The notes beneath the pieces are model-generated. The model saw only the letters and a program-made list of their open reading frames with translations. It was not told the origin of the DNA and ran no database searches. A stretch of 64,000 nucleotides of DNA from Macrostomum lignano (Eukaryota): positions 1 to 64,000 of the forward strand of contig NIVC01003464.1 in assembly GCA_002269645.1 (NCBI GenBank), given 5' to 3'. A program made the position numbers and the translations under genes. Shown here piece after piece: positions 1 through 11,592 of the stretch (position 1 is the stretch's first letter; every line of letters starts with the position of its first letter).

Positions 1-150
1 AAAGAGATGTAAAAGAGAGAGAAATGAGGAAGATCGAGAGAAGAGGGAGAGAAGAGAGAGGAAAAAGAGAAGAGAGGAGAGGAGAGAGAGCTCAGAGAAG
101 AGAGACAAGGATGAGAGAGAAGAGAGAAAACAGAAGAGAAATAGAAGTTT
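1..150. repeat. GA-rich low-complexity tract
   Basis: Almost exclusively A/G with (GA)n and (GAA) runs. Confidence 0.85.
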
Positions 151-195
151 CAAAGGATCCAAGGATGTAGGGAGAGTCAGAGGCAGAGGCCAGAG

Positions 196-1160
196 TTACT
201 GTTGAATTTCAATGCCCTCTGTCCGAAACAGTGGAATATTGGCCTGATCCATTGTATGCTGCACAGAGCTTACTCTCTGTGTAGTTCCTGCTGCGTTTGA
301 TGAGGAGGTGAAAATTTGACTAGGATTTTCAGTATGAACGGATACCCAAAAAATCTCATTAGTCGGTTTGATTTTCAAGTTTGTCACTAATAAGGTTACT
401 GGCAGACTGCAACAGAATCATAGTAAAAAGCCGGATGACCCCGTGATGATCTTGCTGTTCTATGGTATCCATCTATCTTGTTGAAAAAGAAGCTTGAGAG
501 ATCTTTTCGGAAATGGTACAACACTCCGATTAGGATTGTCTTTCGCACTGCCAAGGTGGGTCAATTTGTCAGCAATTCAAGTCCCGTGTTCCTCGTGCTC
601 TAGTTGCAGGTGTCGTCTATAAATTTTGTTGTTCTGAAGATCAGAATATCTCTTACGTGGGAAAAACCAAAAGACACCTGCACACCAGAGTTAGGGAGCA
701 TTGGCTGAAAAAATCTGCTATCCAGGACCACCATCTGGAATGCAAGGGCTGCTGTGACAGAGAACAGATTGAATTGTTTAAAATTATCAACCGTGCTAAC
801 TCTGAATTCAAGCTTAGCATTCTTGAAGCGCTGCACATCAAAGCTCAAAATCCCAGTCTCAATGTGCAATTGCTACATAGTGGTGCGGGCCACCTTCTTA
901 GGGTGTTTTGAGTTTGACTATTTTTTGTTGCGCGTACATTTGTTTTTTACATCTGTTTGCCTTCTCTCTCTCTCCCCTCTCATTATTCTCACTTAACTCC
1001 AACCCTAATTTTTTATGTTTTCGTACATTGGTTACCCTCCCGTTTTCAATTTGACACTTGAGATAGTACAATCGTTTGCTTATTTATATTGAGTGTTTCG
1101 TTCAGTGATAAAATAAACCCTGACGACGGCCCTAGTGGGTTGAAACGCGTTGGTTTTCGC
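196..1160 (+). mobile_element. Penelope-like retroelement (PLE), 5'-truncated and degenerate: RT thumb + GIY-YIG endonuclease + 3' UTR
   Basis: Translation across frameshifts gives LLNFNALCPKQWNIGLIHCMLHRAYSLCSS...NLTRIFSMNGYPKNLI (PLE RT thumb), IRIVFRTAKV, then VAGVVYKFCCSEDQNISYVGKTKRHLHTRVREH...LSILEALHIKAQNPSLNVQ (GIY-YIG; stop at 911). A hammerhead motif follows in the 3' UTR. Confidence 0.9.
1115..1156 (+). ncRNA. Minimal type I hammerhead ribozyme (PLE-associated)
   Basis: AAACC-CTGACGA-C-GGCCC(TAGT)GGGTT-GAAA-CGCG-T-T-GGTTT. Core CUGANGA at 1120-1126 and GAAA at 1142-1145; stem I AAACC/GGTTT; 5-bp stem II with two G-U pairs; palindromic ACGCGT stem III. Confidence 0.85.
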
Positions 1161-2586
1161 CATAAATGTTGATCTTAAGCTTTATTTATATGATATCAAA
1201 ATTGTCTACTTTATACGTAACATACATAGTATAGACTAGGTATAGCAATAAGCCAAATGAAAGTTACATTATGATTTATTTTCTGATTTTTCGACTCTGT
1301 ATGTTAGAGTCTTAAATAAGACTTAAGTCAAGACAACAAAAAAATCAGATTTAGGATTTAGCATATCAAACTCATATTCATGATTCAGAATCATAGCACT
1401 TGTACTTTAATTAGCTTTACTACTGTATTCAATATTTCTTAATAAAAATCTAGCTAGCATTATAAAAAATACTTTTTAATGTAATTACCTTATTTCCTTC
1501 CTCTTAATTGTCCCACGTTTAATTGCCCAAAAACTTAAATTTTTTTCAAACACGACCTTTTGGATAAAAGTAATACAAACAGTATAATACTGTTACTTAT
1601 AGTAAAGGTTAACATGTTTATATCCCAACATGTTTTCTCATAGTATTACTCAACTTAATTTAATTTTTAAGCATAATGTTTGTTTTAATGTGGCAATTTA
1701 TTTAAACGTAGAACTTTAGGTGATTTTGTCCGAGGCATCCTAGGACCTAGTATTGATTGACTGGTTAATCAGAAACCTACTGTACTGACTGACGAGATAG
1801 AATTGATGAATAAAAAGGAAAAGGCTTTTCAAATAAGTCTAGGCAATCTCCTAGTCCTAGTTTACTGCATTAAATTATTAAGGTCATTATAAAGTGGTAT
1901 TCTTTCGGAGGACGTCATTACTTAACTTACCATTTTCGGTAGACGATCACGATTGAAATTTGTCCCTGTTCTCTGTTTTCACTGTGTGGTGCACTGTACT
2001 AGATTCTTTTGTGCGCAGTGTGCGCATGCACCCCAAAATTTGAAATCGCACCCCTGAAATTGAAAAAGTGGGTGCAGTTTAGGTGCAGTCTCATGTCATA
2101 ACCTATTTCCTTTTTAAGCCTTAAAGCCTTTTTGCACTGCCTTGAAATAAGAAAAAAGAGGAATTGGGCATAGATTGCGATTTTGCGCCTTGTCTCAGTA
2201 AAAAATATTACCCACATGCACAGGAGAAGGAAATTTCAATTCAAAAAGGAATATTTATCCCAGATATCTAGATATCTGGATATTTAGGCCTATCCTATTC
2301 CTATACAGGAATTTCTGGCTGTAAGCCTGTATAGCAATGATCATTATGCATATAGGGCCTACCCATATACCCTACCCATATAGAGAGAGAGAGAGGGTAT
2401 AATACCATGTTCCACTTTGTAAGGCATAGATAGTTCTTATTTCTTTATACTAGATAACTAGGCAGGCCCTAGGCCTATATAGAATTGATAGTGAGGCCTC
2501 CATGCAATGGGGCTATTTCATTCAAGATATCATGTATGACATGCAAGTAGTTTAAGGCTTAGAAAAGAAAGACAAGAGGTATTATA

Positions 2587-3863
2587 TGAAGGTTGTCATA
2601 AATTTGCTGACAACTACAAATATCAAAGAAACAAAACAAAGAACAGTTAGGCCTAATTGTCAACATTGCATTTCTCAACATAGTTGCCCCCAAGCTGCAT
2701 ACATTTGTGCCATCTCTCTGGCAGCTTGCTGCTGTCCTGGGTGAAGAATTCCATGGGGTCCCTTGTACCTACTGGCTGATGGCCGAGCTGAGTGCAGAAA
2801 GGCTTCTATAGCAATGGCCACAAAGAGGCTCTTTCATTTTAGGAAACAACCAGTAGTCACTAGGGGCCAGGTCAGGAGAATAGGCAGGGTGAGGCAGCAA
2901 CTTGAAGCCTAGTCTCCTGATGACATCCATAGTTGCATTGTAGGTATGCGGCCTAGCATTGTCCTACTGCAGCACAGTGCCCCTGGTGAGCCATTCCAAT
3001 ATTTCACAGTAGTACTGGGCATTGATGGTTCTGCCTTCAGGTAGCCACTCAATCAGCAAGATGCTTCTCTGTCCCAGAACACGGTGGCCATGTGCTTACC
3101 TGCTGACTATACTGCCTTGGCCTTGACTAATTGGGGTTTGTGAATAGCCTTCCAGATGCTGCTCTGCTGTTTCGTTTCCAGTTCGTAGAAGTAAAACCAC
3201 ATTTCATTACCAGTCACCAGGCAGCCAAAAAGTCAGGCTCATTTTGATAGGCATTGAGCAGGTGGCAGCACATCTGGACCCTCTCTTGCAGTTGGACAAG
3301 AGTCAGCAGTTTAGGGACCCATTGTGCAACAACTTGTGTCATATGTAGATGGTCAGAGATGATGAAAAGAATGCTCTTCATTGGTATTGCCAACAAGTCC
3401 TCTAACTGCCTCAGGGTTGCTCCACAATCATCATCCAGGGTATGCTGCACACGCTGGATATTGTCACTAGAAGTAGATGACCACGGTGCACCTAGGCAGG
3501 GAGCATCATCAACTGTCTCCTAGCCGTCCTCAAAGCACTGCACCCACTTTGACACAGTTTGTTTTGAAGGTGCATCCTCACCAAAGATTTGCAGTAGCTT
3601 GCAATAAATATCAGCCTGCTTCTTCTGCTGCTTCCACAAACAACCAAATGACAGTGCGCTTGGCAGCTTCACTTTTCTCTATACTGGCTAGAAGGGTGGT
3701 TTGAATGCCACTCAATTTCGGCTTTATCTCAAAAGCCAAAAGGAAGATTTTCCATAGACAATAAGATCAATGGTGCCTTAGTCTATAACAAAAATTTTGC
3801 CCCAAAGTACAAAAGAAACAGATGCTATATAAGTTTGTCAGCAAATTTATGACACAACCCTCG
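2587..3863 (-). mobile_element. Mariner (Tc1/mariner) DNA transposon, full-length but inactivated
   Basis: Imperfect ~30-bp TIRs (TGAAGGTTGTCATAAATTTGCTGACAA at 2587; TTGTCAGCAAATTTATGACACAACCCTCG ending 3863), TA on both flanks, 1277 bp long. Minus-strand transposase remnants WVPKLL, VTGNEMWFYFYE, QDNARPH and LLPHPAYSPDLAPSDYWLF with stops and frameshifts. Confidence 0.92.
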
Positions 3864-5496
3864 TACTTTTCAAACTTAATCATTTCAAAGCAATTTTCAT
3901 ATTAAGTGATTGTCATAAAAACTAATATAATGATATAATAGGGCCTATTTAAAGTGCTAATTTATAAAACTACTAGAATTTATAATATATAAAAAACATA
4001 AAAAGATTACAAATCTCTAAAATTTTAGGCTTCATTACTTAAGCTTAGCAAGGGAACTCTTTGCTTTGCTTGAAACCACAATGGCTATCACCAAAAAGTT
4101 TTATTCTTATTACTATAATGAATTACTTATTACCAAAATTACTAAAATATCTTGTGATTGTAATTTAACCAATTATAGTCTATATATAACACAGTAGATA
4201 GTATGTAAATATGCAAAGCAAAGCATAATACCTAAGAATTGATTGAATTATATATAGTCATGTGTATATAAGTTGCATGTACTATATTATATGCACTTTA
4301 TAGTAGAATATCTAAAAATAAGTAAACATGTTAGCAAGGCTCTCTCTAGCAAAACTAGAAACTATTTAGAGGTAAGTAAGGGTCTATTACAACTTAAACT
4401 ATATATCTTTTTGGCTATAAAAATTTTCATGGCAGATAAAATAACCTAATTGGCAAACAAAATAAACAAAATGACTATGAAAATTAGTAAACAAAAAGTT
4501 AACAAATAAAATGACCACATACCTATCATTGCATTAACTTATTTTGGCTTTTTGAATCCTGATTTCTTCCTAAGCTAAAAGCCATTAAATTGAAGTTTTT
4601 TATTTTTAAACTCAATACATTAAGGTGATATATATAAACATAATATGTACTATTAAGCATATATAGATGCCTAGGCTAGCCTAGGACTATAGTATAAAGA
4701 TAAGAAGCTACATTTCTATTCAAGAGGCAAGTTTACCAAAAAAAGAAATAGAAATTTCGATAAGAGATCTTTTAATATCATTTGCCTTTCTTATATAGCT
4801 CCATTGATATAGAGCTTATGTATAAACTAATAGTCTATACTCAAAAAATAATGTAGCACCCACTGTCCAAGTGTGGCTCTGTCTTAATCTTATAAGAATA
4901 ATGAGCCTTCATTAAAGTAGAATACAATACTTTTATTATAGTTTAATATATAGATTATATTTATAGGAAAAGCCTAGCCTAGTCAATATTGTCTCATTTT
5001 TATAAATGCTTAGATTATTTTAGAATTATTGCTTTAAAACTAAGTAGTATTGAAAACAGGAGCATCAAAAACATGCAATATTTCTTTTTCAAATTTGTTT
5101 GCCTGTGTTTCATCCTAAGCTAACATATTCAGGGCAATTACTATTGGTTCATATTGGGTTGTAGATATTTATTGATCAATAGTGTTTAAAAAAAATTATA
5201 GATATTGTGCTGAAGGATCGAACAAAATCAAAGACAGTTTTAATGCAAATTGTATGTAGTCCAAGTACAAGTCAAGTCAGTTTAGCCAGTGTAGAAAAGC
5301 AAGTATACTGTCCATCAGAGCACTTTGAGCTTATGCTCTACACCCTTAATCATCAGCTGCAGTAGCGAGGTTAGTATATAGGAACTGTATCCATGCTGCA
5401 AGCGCAGTCATCAGATGCTGCTTAATGAGATTTAAGATGGCATTATTCTATGGCCTGTACTGTCAGTAGCGAGGTTAGTATCTAAGAACTGTATCC

Positions 5497-7162
5497 ATGC
5501 TGCAGGCGCAGTCATCAGACGCCGCTGCTCAAGTAGACAACCTGCCCGAGCCTCTATCGGCCAGATTTGTCGATTCATTCGCTTATAAAACTGTGCGCGA
5601 CCGGCTGCCAGTGATCCTAGCCAAGGTGGCCGACTCAGTGTGTCGCAGAAAGTCGGAGTTTAATTCCACCAACATGGACCGAGTCAAATCCGTCATCATT
5701 GGCGGCGTCTCCCGGTTGCGCAACGAACTGCAGACAGACAAGCCGCTGCTGCCGCTGTCCGACTCCGCCTCGGACACGACCGCTTGGAATGACTACCTGG
5801 CCGAGCTGACTGAAACGCTTGGCCGAGCGCCGAGTTGGTTTAAAGAGCCCTGGCTGTATGTTGAATGCTACATGTATAGGCGGCTGCTGGAGCTGGTCAA
5901 TCTAGCCGATCTGACGGTCGGCATTGATCTGTTCGCGCCCGAGAAACGGCAAAGTTTGCTTGGCTCCGCCGCGCTGGCTGCCGCTGCCGCCGAAGCCGCT
6001 CTGGCAGCCGAGGCCGAAGCAGAGGCTGCCAACGGCGCGCCTCAGCTGCGCCGGCTGCTCCGGCTCTGCCTGTCAGCCAATCTGGCCGACCTGTCGCTGT
6101 CAGCTTTGGCCGAGGCGCACCAGCTGGCCGCGGATGACGCCAACTCCTCCGGATTGATCATCCTGCTGGACCACACCGATCAGTTTGTCGACTGTTTGCG
6201 CCAGCGCGGTCCTGCTGTCGCTGTTGTGCATGTGAGCTCCGACTGGAAATACTCTGCACACCTGGAGTGGAATTTGTCACTAATATATTTACACGGAATT
6301 CAAATAGGCATAGCATTCTGACTCACGCCATCAACCCCTGTGTGAGCGTGTGTATGAGTGCGTGCCTGTGTACAGTATTGGCGCCCTTGTGTGTAATGTG
6401 TTCAGGAGTCAGCGCCGATAACTATATCGGCGTGTATTACTTCACTGTGTTATTATTATGATCCAGAGTCCCCTCCCCCCCCAAAATTCCAGGTGTGCGC
6501 ATTGACGACATTTCTCGTTCTCTGAGTACGTGTTTGAGCAAGACTGAATGTACAATCATGTCCCGCAGATCGTGCTGGACAACGTCGGCCCGGAGCTGGT
6601 GTCGGACCTCTGCCTAGCCGAATGCCTTCTACGCGGTGGTCACGCTGGAAAAGTCCGGCTGCACACCAAAGCGGCGCCCTGGTTTGTGTCCGACGCTACT
6701 GAACTGGACTTGGCTGCCACGCTTGACTGGCTGGCCTCCGGCTCGGCCGGCCAATCATCCGTCCAGCTGGCCGAGTCGCTTCGGTCTCGCCTGTCTACCG
6801 GACAGCTATCGTCCGGTAGCGACCCGTTTTGGACAACTTGGCTAGCATTTGCCGACATGGAAACTTCGCCGCTGGGCGCAAAGCTTTATAAAAAGCTGAG
6901 CCAGGCTGACTGCGTTGTGCTCAAAGGCGATCTCAACTATCGCAAGGCCGTCAGTGATCTGGCCTGGCCGCCAACCGCACCATTGGCCAAAGCCGTCGGC
7001 CGCTTCCGTCCGGCGCCTCTGCTGTTAGTTCGCACTCTCAAATCGAACGTGGTGGCCGGTTTAGCGCCCGGACAAGCCGAGGCGGCCGACGCTCAGCATT
7101 CCGACTGGATGGTGGCCGGTAAATGCGGTGTTCTGCAGTTCCTGCCTGCGGAGAATGCTTGA
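5497..7162 (+). CDS. ARMT1: Damage-control phosphatase ARMT1 / DUF89 family; join(5497..6231,6569..7162), 442 aa
   Basis: FAYKTVRDRLPVIL, PWLYVECYMYRR, NLADLS, IVLDNVGPELVSDL, KGDLNYRK, LVRTLKS motifs. GTGAGC...CCGCAG intron (6232-6568) joins the two ORFs in frame. Confidence 0.93.
6320..6460 (+). mobile_element. Dispersed SINE-like family X, partial copy in ARMT1 intron
   Basis: CCCTGTGTGAGCGTGTGTATGAGTGCGTGCCTGTGTACAGTATTGG shared with copies at 8255, 36845 and 42400; ends in a TTATTATTAT tail. Confidence 0.65.
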
Positions 7163-7320
7163 CTTTTCCCTGGCTGACTGACTGACTGACTGACTGCTTA
7201 GTCCAGGCAAACAGATTCTAAAATGATGTACGGTAGTAGAAGAGATTTAAAAATACAGATTGGCGCAGAATTCTACAAGTATAATAAAAATATAATATTT
7301 GATTGCTGCCCCCCCAATTT

Positions 7321-7538
7321 GGCCAGATGTGCAACCGACGCATCTGAAGGCTGCGTACGGCTGTTCAGTCCAAGGACTGGGGGTTGAAACACACACCCTC
7401 AATTACCCCAGCTAATGCTGGCACCCATGCAGAGTTTTAAAGTGTTTTTCTCAATGACACAAATTGTTCCAGTGGAATCGGGAATCGAACCCCCGACCTT
7501 CAAGTCGTGAGTCCAACTCTCTAGCCACTAGGCTACAC
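7321..7538 (-). mobile_element. tRNA-derived SINE (copy 1)
   Basis: Reverse strand has an A-box (TAGCCTAGTGG) and a B-box (GGTTCGATTCC). The 3' part CCCCCAGTCCTTGGACTGAACAGCCGTACGCAGCCTTCAGATGCG is identical to the copy at 24001. Confidence 0.85.
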
Positions 7539-8254
7539 AGTTAATGAGAAATTAGTCAGTATAAATATTTTTCGTGATTTCTCATTACCAGTAACTGGTT
7601 GAATTTTGTAAAGTTTGAAGACAGTGCCTGTATTGGTTCAAAAGTTATAACATCCATCCCGTATTCCATCCTATTTAGAAATATAAAAAGCTATCTTTAC
7701 TACTCATGAAATTAGACGAACGCATTTTTTGCAAGTGATGTAGTAAGCTATTTTAGAGGATTATGAAGTGTTTGTTTGTAATTGCACATAGAATATTTCA
7801 AACGGCAGATTTCATGTCAGCACGAAATGTCATGTGCAGTTAGCAATGTTGCAGGCGTTTGAATCTATGGCGGAAAAATAGTGGCTTTGCTAGTACCATA
7901 TCTGATGGCATCCTTCGGGATAATTATTGGCATTGGTAATCAGGAAATCTATAGGAAACTTTAGACTAGAAAGTTATCACTCTTTTTCAACTATATATTG
8001 TCATTTTCTTTCGTTCATGTTGATGTGTTATTAGTCTTGCTTACAAACCGTTTTGAGCTTCCTATCTGCCTCTACTAGTGAATTGCGGCCATTCAGTCAA
8101 TGCTAAAATGTGATTTAACTGATTTCGTGTTTTTGCACACTGAAAAAGTAAATGTTACTAATACAATGTACGTCTTGTGTTTCTATTTACTATCACTTTC
8201 ATTATTTCATTCGTGATTACAACTAAGTGAATTCAGGGTTATTGTGCGATTCAC

Positions 8255-8458
8255 GCCCATGAGGGCCAGCCCCCGAGGCACAGAGTGTACATGCCTGACG
8301 ATTAGACAGTCAGTCAGTGCCGCTGTACACCCTGTGTGTGCCTGTGTACAGTATTGGGGCACTTGTATGTGCTCAGGACTCAGCGGAATGTGCGGATTTG
8401 CCTCAGTGCTGCTTTATGGCGAGTCGATGTCGCTATTATTATTAATTATTATTAAATC
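8255..8458 (+). mobile_element. Dispersed SINE-like family X copy
   Basis: CATGAGGGCC...GTGTACATGCCTGACGATT...GTACACCCTGTGTG...CAGCGGAATG, ending in an (ATT)n tail; homologous to 29075, 36845 and 42400. Confidence 0.7.
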
Positions 8459-8552
8459 AATGTCTAACGATTTCAGCCAAACAAAGACTCAAAAGAACCA
8501 AGAGCCGTCTATTAGATTAAATAAAACTCGATCATAAATTAAATTATTAGCG

Positions 8553-9153
8553 ATGCCGCCAAAAGCAGCAAAAAGTAAAACAACCAAGACTGCTGCTGCT
8601 ACTGCTTCGGCAAAGAAGACCCAGAAACAGCAAAAGGTGTCTGCTGAAGTGGAAGCCGACGACTCGCTACCGAGCAAATCGACTCCAGGTAAGAAGCGCC
8701 GGCGCACCCTGCCAATCAGACCGGCCCGGCAAGGCGGCCACTGCGTACTGATTTCGCACCTGCCGACGGCCTGCGCGAGCCGCAGCTTCGCCGATTTCTC
8801 AGCCAATTCGGCCGGGTTCACCGTGTCGAGTGCCCCGCTCGAAGTCCGGAGCCGGCAACGCCAAAGGCATCGCTTTTGTTGAAATGGCCGAACCGGCAGC
8901 TGCCAAGACGGTGGCCGAAACGCTGGATAATTACCTAATGTTCACCCGGCTGCTCAGGTGCAAGGTGGTGCCGGATCCAAAACGATTGACGTTCGCGTCG
9001 GACGGCCGGCTGAAGAAGCAGCCCAAGGCTAAGGAGCAGCCGACTGCCGTTTCTACAAAAGACTCCGCGGCGGCTGCGCGCGGTCGTTCGCGCCGATTGC
9101 GCGCTAAATTGCAAAGATTGAAGCAGTTGGATCCGGAGTTCGAGTTTGCTTAA
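8553..9153 (+). CDS. NIFK: NIFK / Nop15-like nucleolar RRM protein; intronless, two apparent 1-nt deletions (~8766, ~8828)
   Basis: Lys/Ala-rich N-terminus, then repaired RRM VLISHLP-GLREPQLRRFLSQFGRVHRVRVPRSKSGAGNAKGIAFVEM and the NIFK/Nop15 signature AETLDNYLMFTRLLRCKVV. Confidence 0.8.
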
Positions 9154-9423
9154 GCCTGGTTTCCAAGGCCCAGTTGATCGCCTTGCTTTTGTGACGCCTA
9201 GTTGACGTTAAAATAAAATATATGGACGCGCATCGCATATTATTGCATTTTTTAATCTGCGAAATACTTCGTTCTTCAGTAATTTCATTAAATCAGTAAC
9301 AAGGCATTTCTTGGAAGCTAGCTTCAGCATAATCGTATTATTTTTATGCATATTGGCTACCTTACCATGTTGTCTGTACCAGCACCGTGCTAGAGCGTTT
9401 AGTTGTAATATTTAATCAATGCT

Positions 9424-10335
9424 CCAGATCCTCTTAGTTCTATCCTAGCTATACCCTCCCAGATCCTCTTAGTTCTATCCCAGCTATACCCTCCCAGATC
9501 CTCTTAGTTCTATCCTAGCTATACCCTCCCAGATCCTCTTAGTTCTATCCTAGCTATACCCTCCCAGATCCTCTTAGTTCTATCCTAGCTATACCCTCCT
9601 AGATCCTCTTAGTTCTATCCCAGCTATACCCTCCCAGATCCTCTTAGTTCTATCCTAGCTATACCCTCCCAGATCCTCTTAGTTCTATCCTAGCTATACC
9701 CTCCCAGATCCTCTAGTTTTATCCTAGCTATACCCTCCCAGATCCTCTTAGTTCTATCCTAGCTATACCCTCCCAGATCCTCTAGTTCTATCCTAGCTAT
9801 ACCCTCCCAGATCCTCTAGTTCTATCCTAGCTATACCCTCCCAGATCCTCTTAGTTCTATCCTAGCTATACCCTCCAGATCCTCTTAGTTCTATCCTAGC
9901 TATACCCTCCCAGATCCTCTAGTTCTATCCTAGCTATACCCTCCCAGATCCTCTAGTTCTATCCTAGCTATACCCTCCCAGATCCTCTAGTTCTATCCTA
10001 GCTATACCCTCCCAGATCCTCTAGTTCTATCCTAGCTATACCCTCCCAGATCCTCTAGTTCTATCCTAGCTATACCCTCCCAGATCCTCTAGTTCTATCC
10101 TAGCTATACCCTCCCAGATCCTCTTAGTTCTATCCCAGCTATACCCTCCCAGATCCTCTTAGTTCTATCCTAGCTATACCCTCCCAGATCCTCTTAGTTC
10201 TATCCCAGCTATACCCTCCCAGATCCTCTTAGTTCTATGCCAGTGATACCCTCCCAGATCCTCTAGTTCTATGCCAGTGATACCCTCCCAGATCCTCTAG
10301 TTCTATGCCAGTGATACCCTCCCAGAACCTCTAGT
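9424..10335. repeat. Minisatellite, 34-35 bp unit CAGATCCTCTTAGTTCTATCCTAGCTATACCCTCC (~26 copies)
   Basis: Tandem periodicity read directly. Confidence 0.95.
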
Positions 10336-10462
10336 TTTATTCGAGCAAACCTCCAAGCCATATTCTGATACAACTTCTCGTAAACGAATGACTTGTGTTC
10401 CTCACTTTTTCAAATAAAATTGATAATCTTGAAAAATACTTGCAGCAACAGCATCGGCAGCC

Positions 10463-10702
10463 ATGAGCAAAGCCCAAAATCCCGAACTGAAAAATACCTG
10501 GATAAGCGCGTCTCAATCCAGCTCAACGGCAAACGTCGTATTAGCGGCGTATTGCGCGGCTTCGACCCTTTCATGAATGTGTGCTTGACGAAGCTGTCGA
10601 GATTCTGCGGCCTGACCAGCAACAGCAGCAGCAGCAGCGCATGGGCATGATTGTGGTGCGCGCAATTCCGTTGTCATCCTGGAATGCCTAGACAGGATCT
10701 GA
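10463..10702 (+). CDS. SNRPG: Small nuclear ribonucleoprotein G (SmG); intronless, three apparent 1-nt deletions
   Basis: Repaired translation MSKAQNPELKKYLDKRVSIQLNGKRRISGVLRGFDPFMNVCLDEAVEILRPDQQQQQQRMGMIVVRGNSVVILECLDRI*; matches the SmG pattern MSKAHPPELKK...GILRGFDPFMN...IGMVVIRGNS. Confidence 0.88.
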
Positions 10703-10865
10703 TCTGAAAAATAGCCTTATTGATCTGCTATTGATTGAATGAAATAACAAAATTCAACAATTTTTCTATCTCAATTGTTCATAGCAAGTCCGTGCTAGTT
10801 TCGAATAAAAAAATGTTTTGATATTAACCAGCTTACAGTACCCTGTTAGTGCCGAGATGTTAACA

Positions 10866-11592
10866 CCCCTCTAGATCCTAGAGTTGGTAGCGTCACCACC
10901 CCTCAAGATCCTAGAGTTGGTAGCGTCACCACCCCTCAAGATCCTAGAGTTGGTAGCGTCACGACCCCTCAAGATCCTAGAGTTGGTAGCGTCACCACCC
11001 CTCTAGATCCTAGAGTTGGTAGCATCACCACCCCTCAAGATCCTAGAGTTGGTAGCGTCACCACCCCTCAAGATCCTAGAGTTGGTAGCGTCACCACCCC
11101 TCTAGATCCTAGAGTTGGTAGCATCACCACCCTCAAGATCCTAGAGTTGGTAGCGTCACCACCCCTCTAGATCCTAGAGTTGGTAGCGTCACCACCCCTC
11201 TAGATCCTAGAGTTGGTAGCGTCACCACCCCTCAAGATCCTAGAGTTGGTAGCGTCACCACCCCTCAAGATCCTAGAGTTGGAAGCGTCACCACCCCTCT
11301 AGATCCTAGAGTTGGAAGCGTCACCACCCCTCAAGATCCTAGAGTTGGAAGCGTCACCACCCCTCAAGATCCTAGAGTTGGAAGCGTCACCACCCCTCAA
11401 GATCCTAGAGTTGGAAGCGTCACCACCCTCAAGATCCTAGAGTTGGAAGCGTCACCACCCTCAAGATCCTAGAGTTGGAAGCGTCACCACCCCTCAAGAT
11501 CCTAGAGTTGGAAGCGTCACCACCCTCAAGATCCTAGAGTTGGAAGCGTCACCACCCTCAAGTTCCTAGAGTTGGAAGCGTCACCACCCCTC
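10866..11592. repeat. Minisatellite, 33 bp unit CCCCTCAAGATCCTAGAGTTGGTAGCGTCACCA (~22 copies)
   Basis: Tandem periodicity read directly. Confidence 0.95.
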
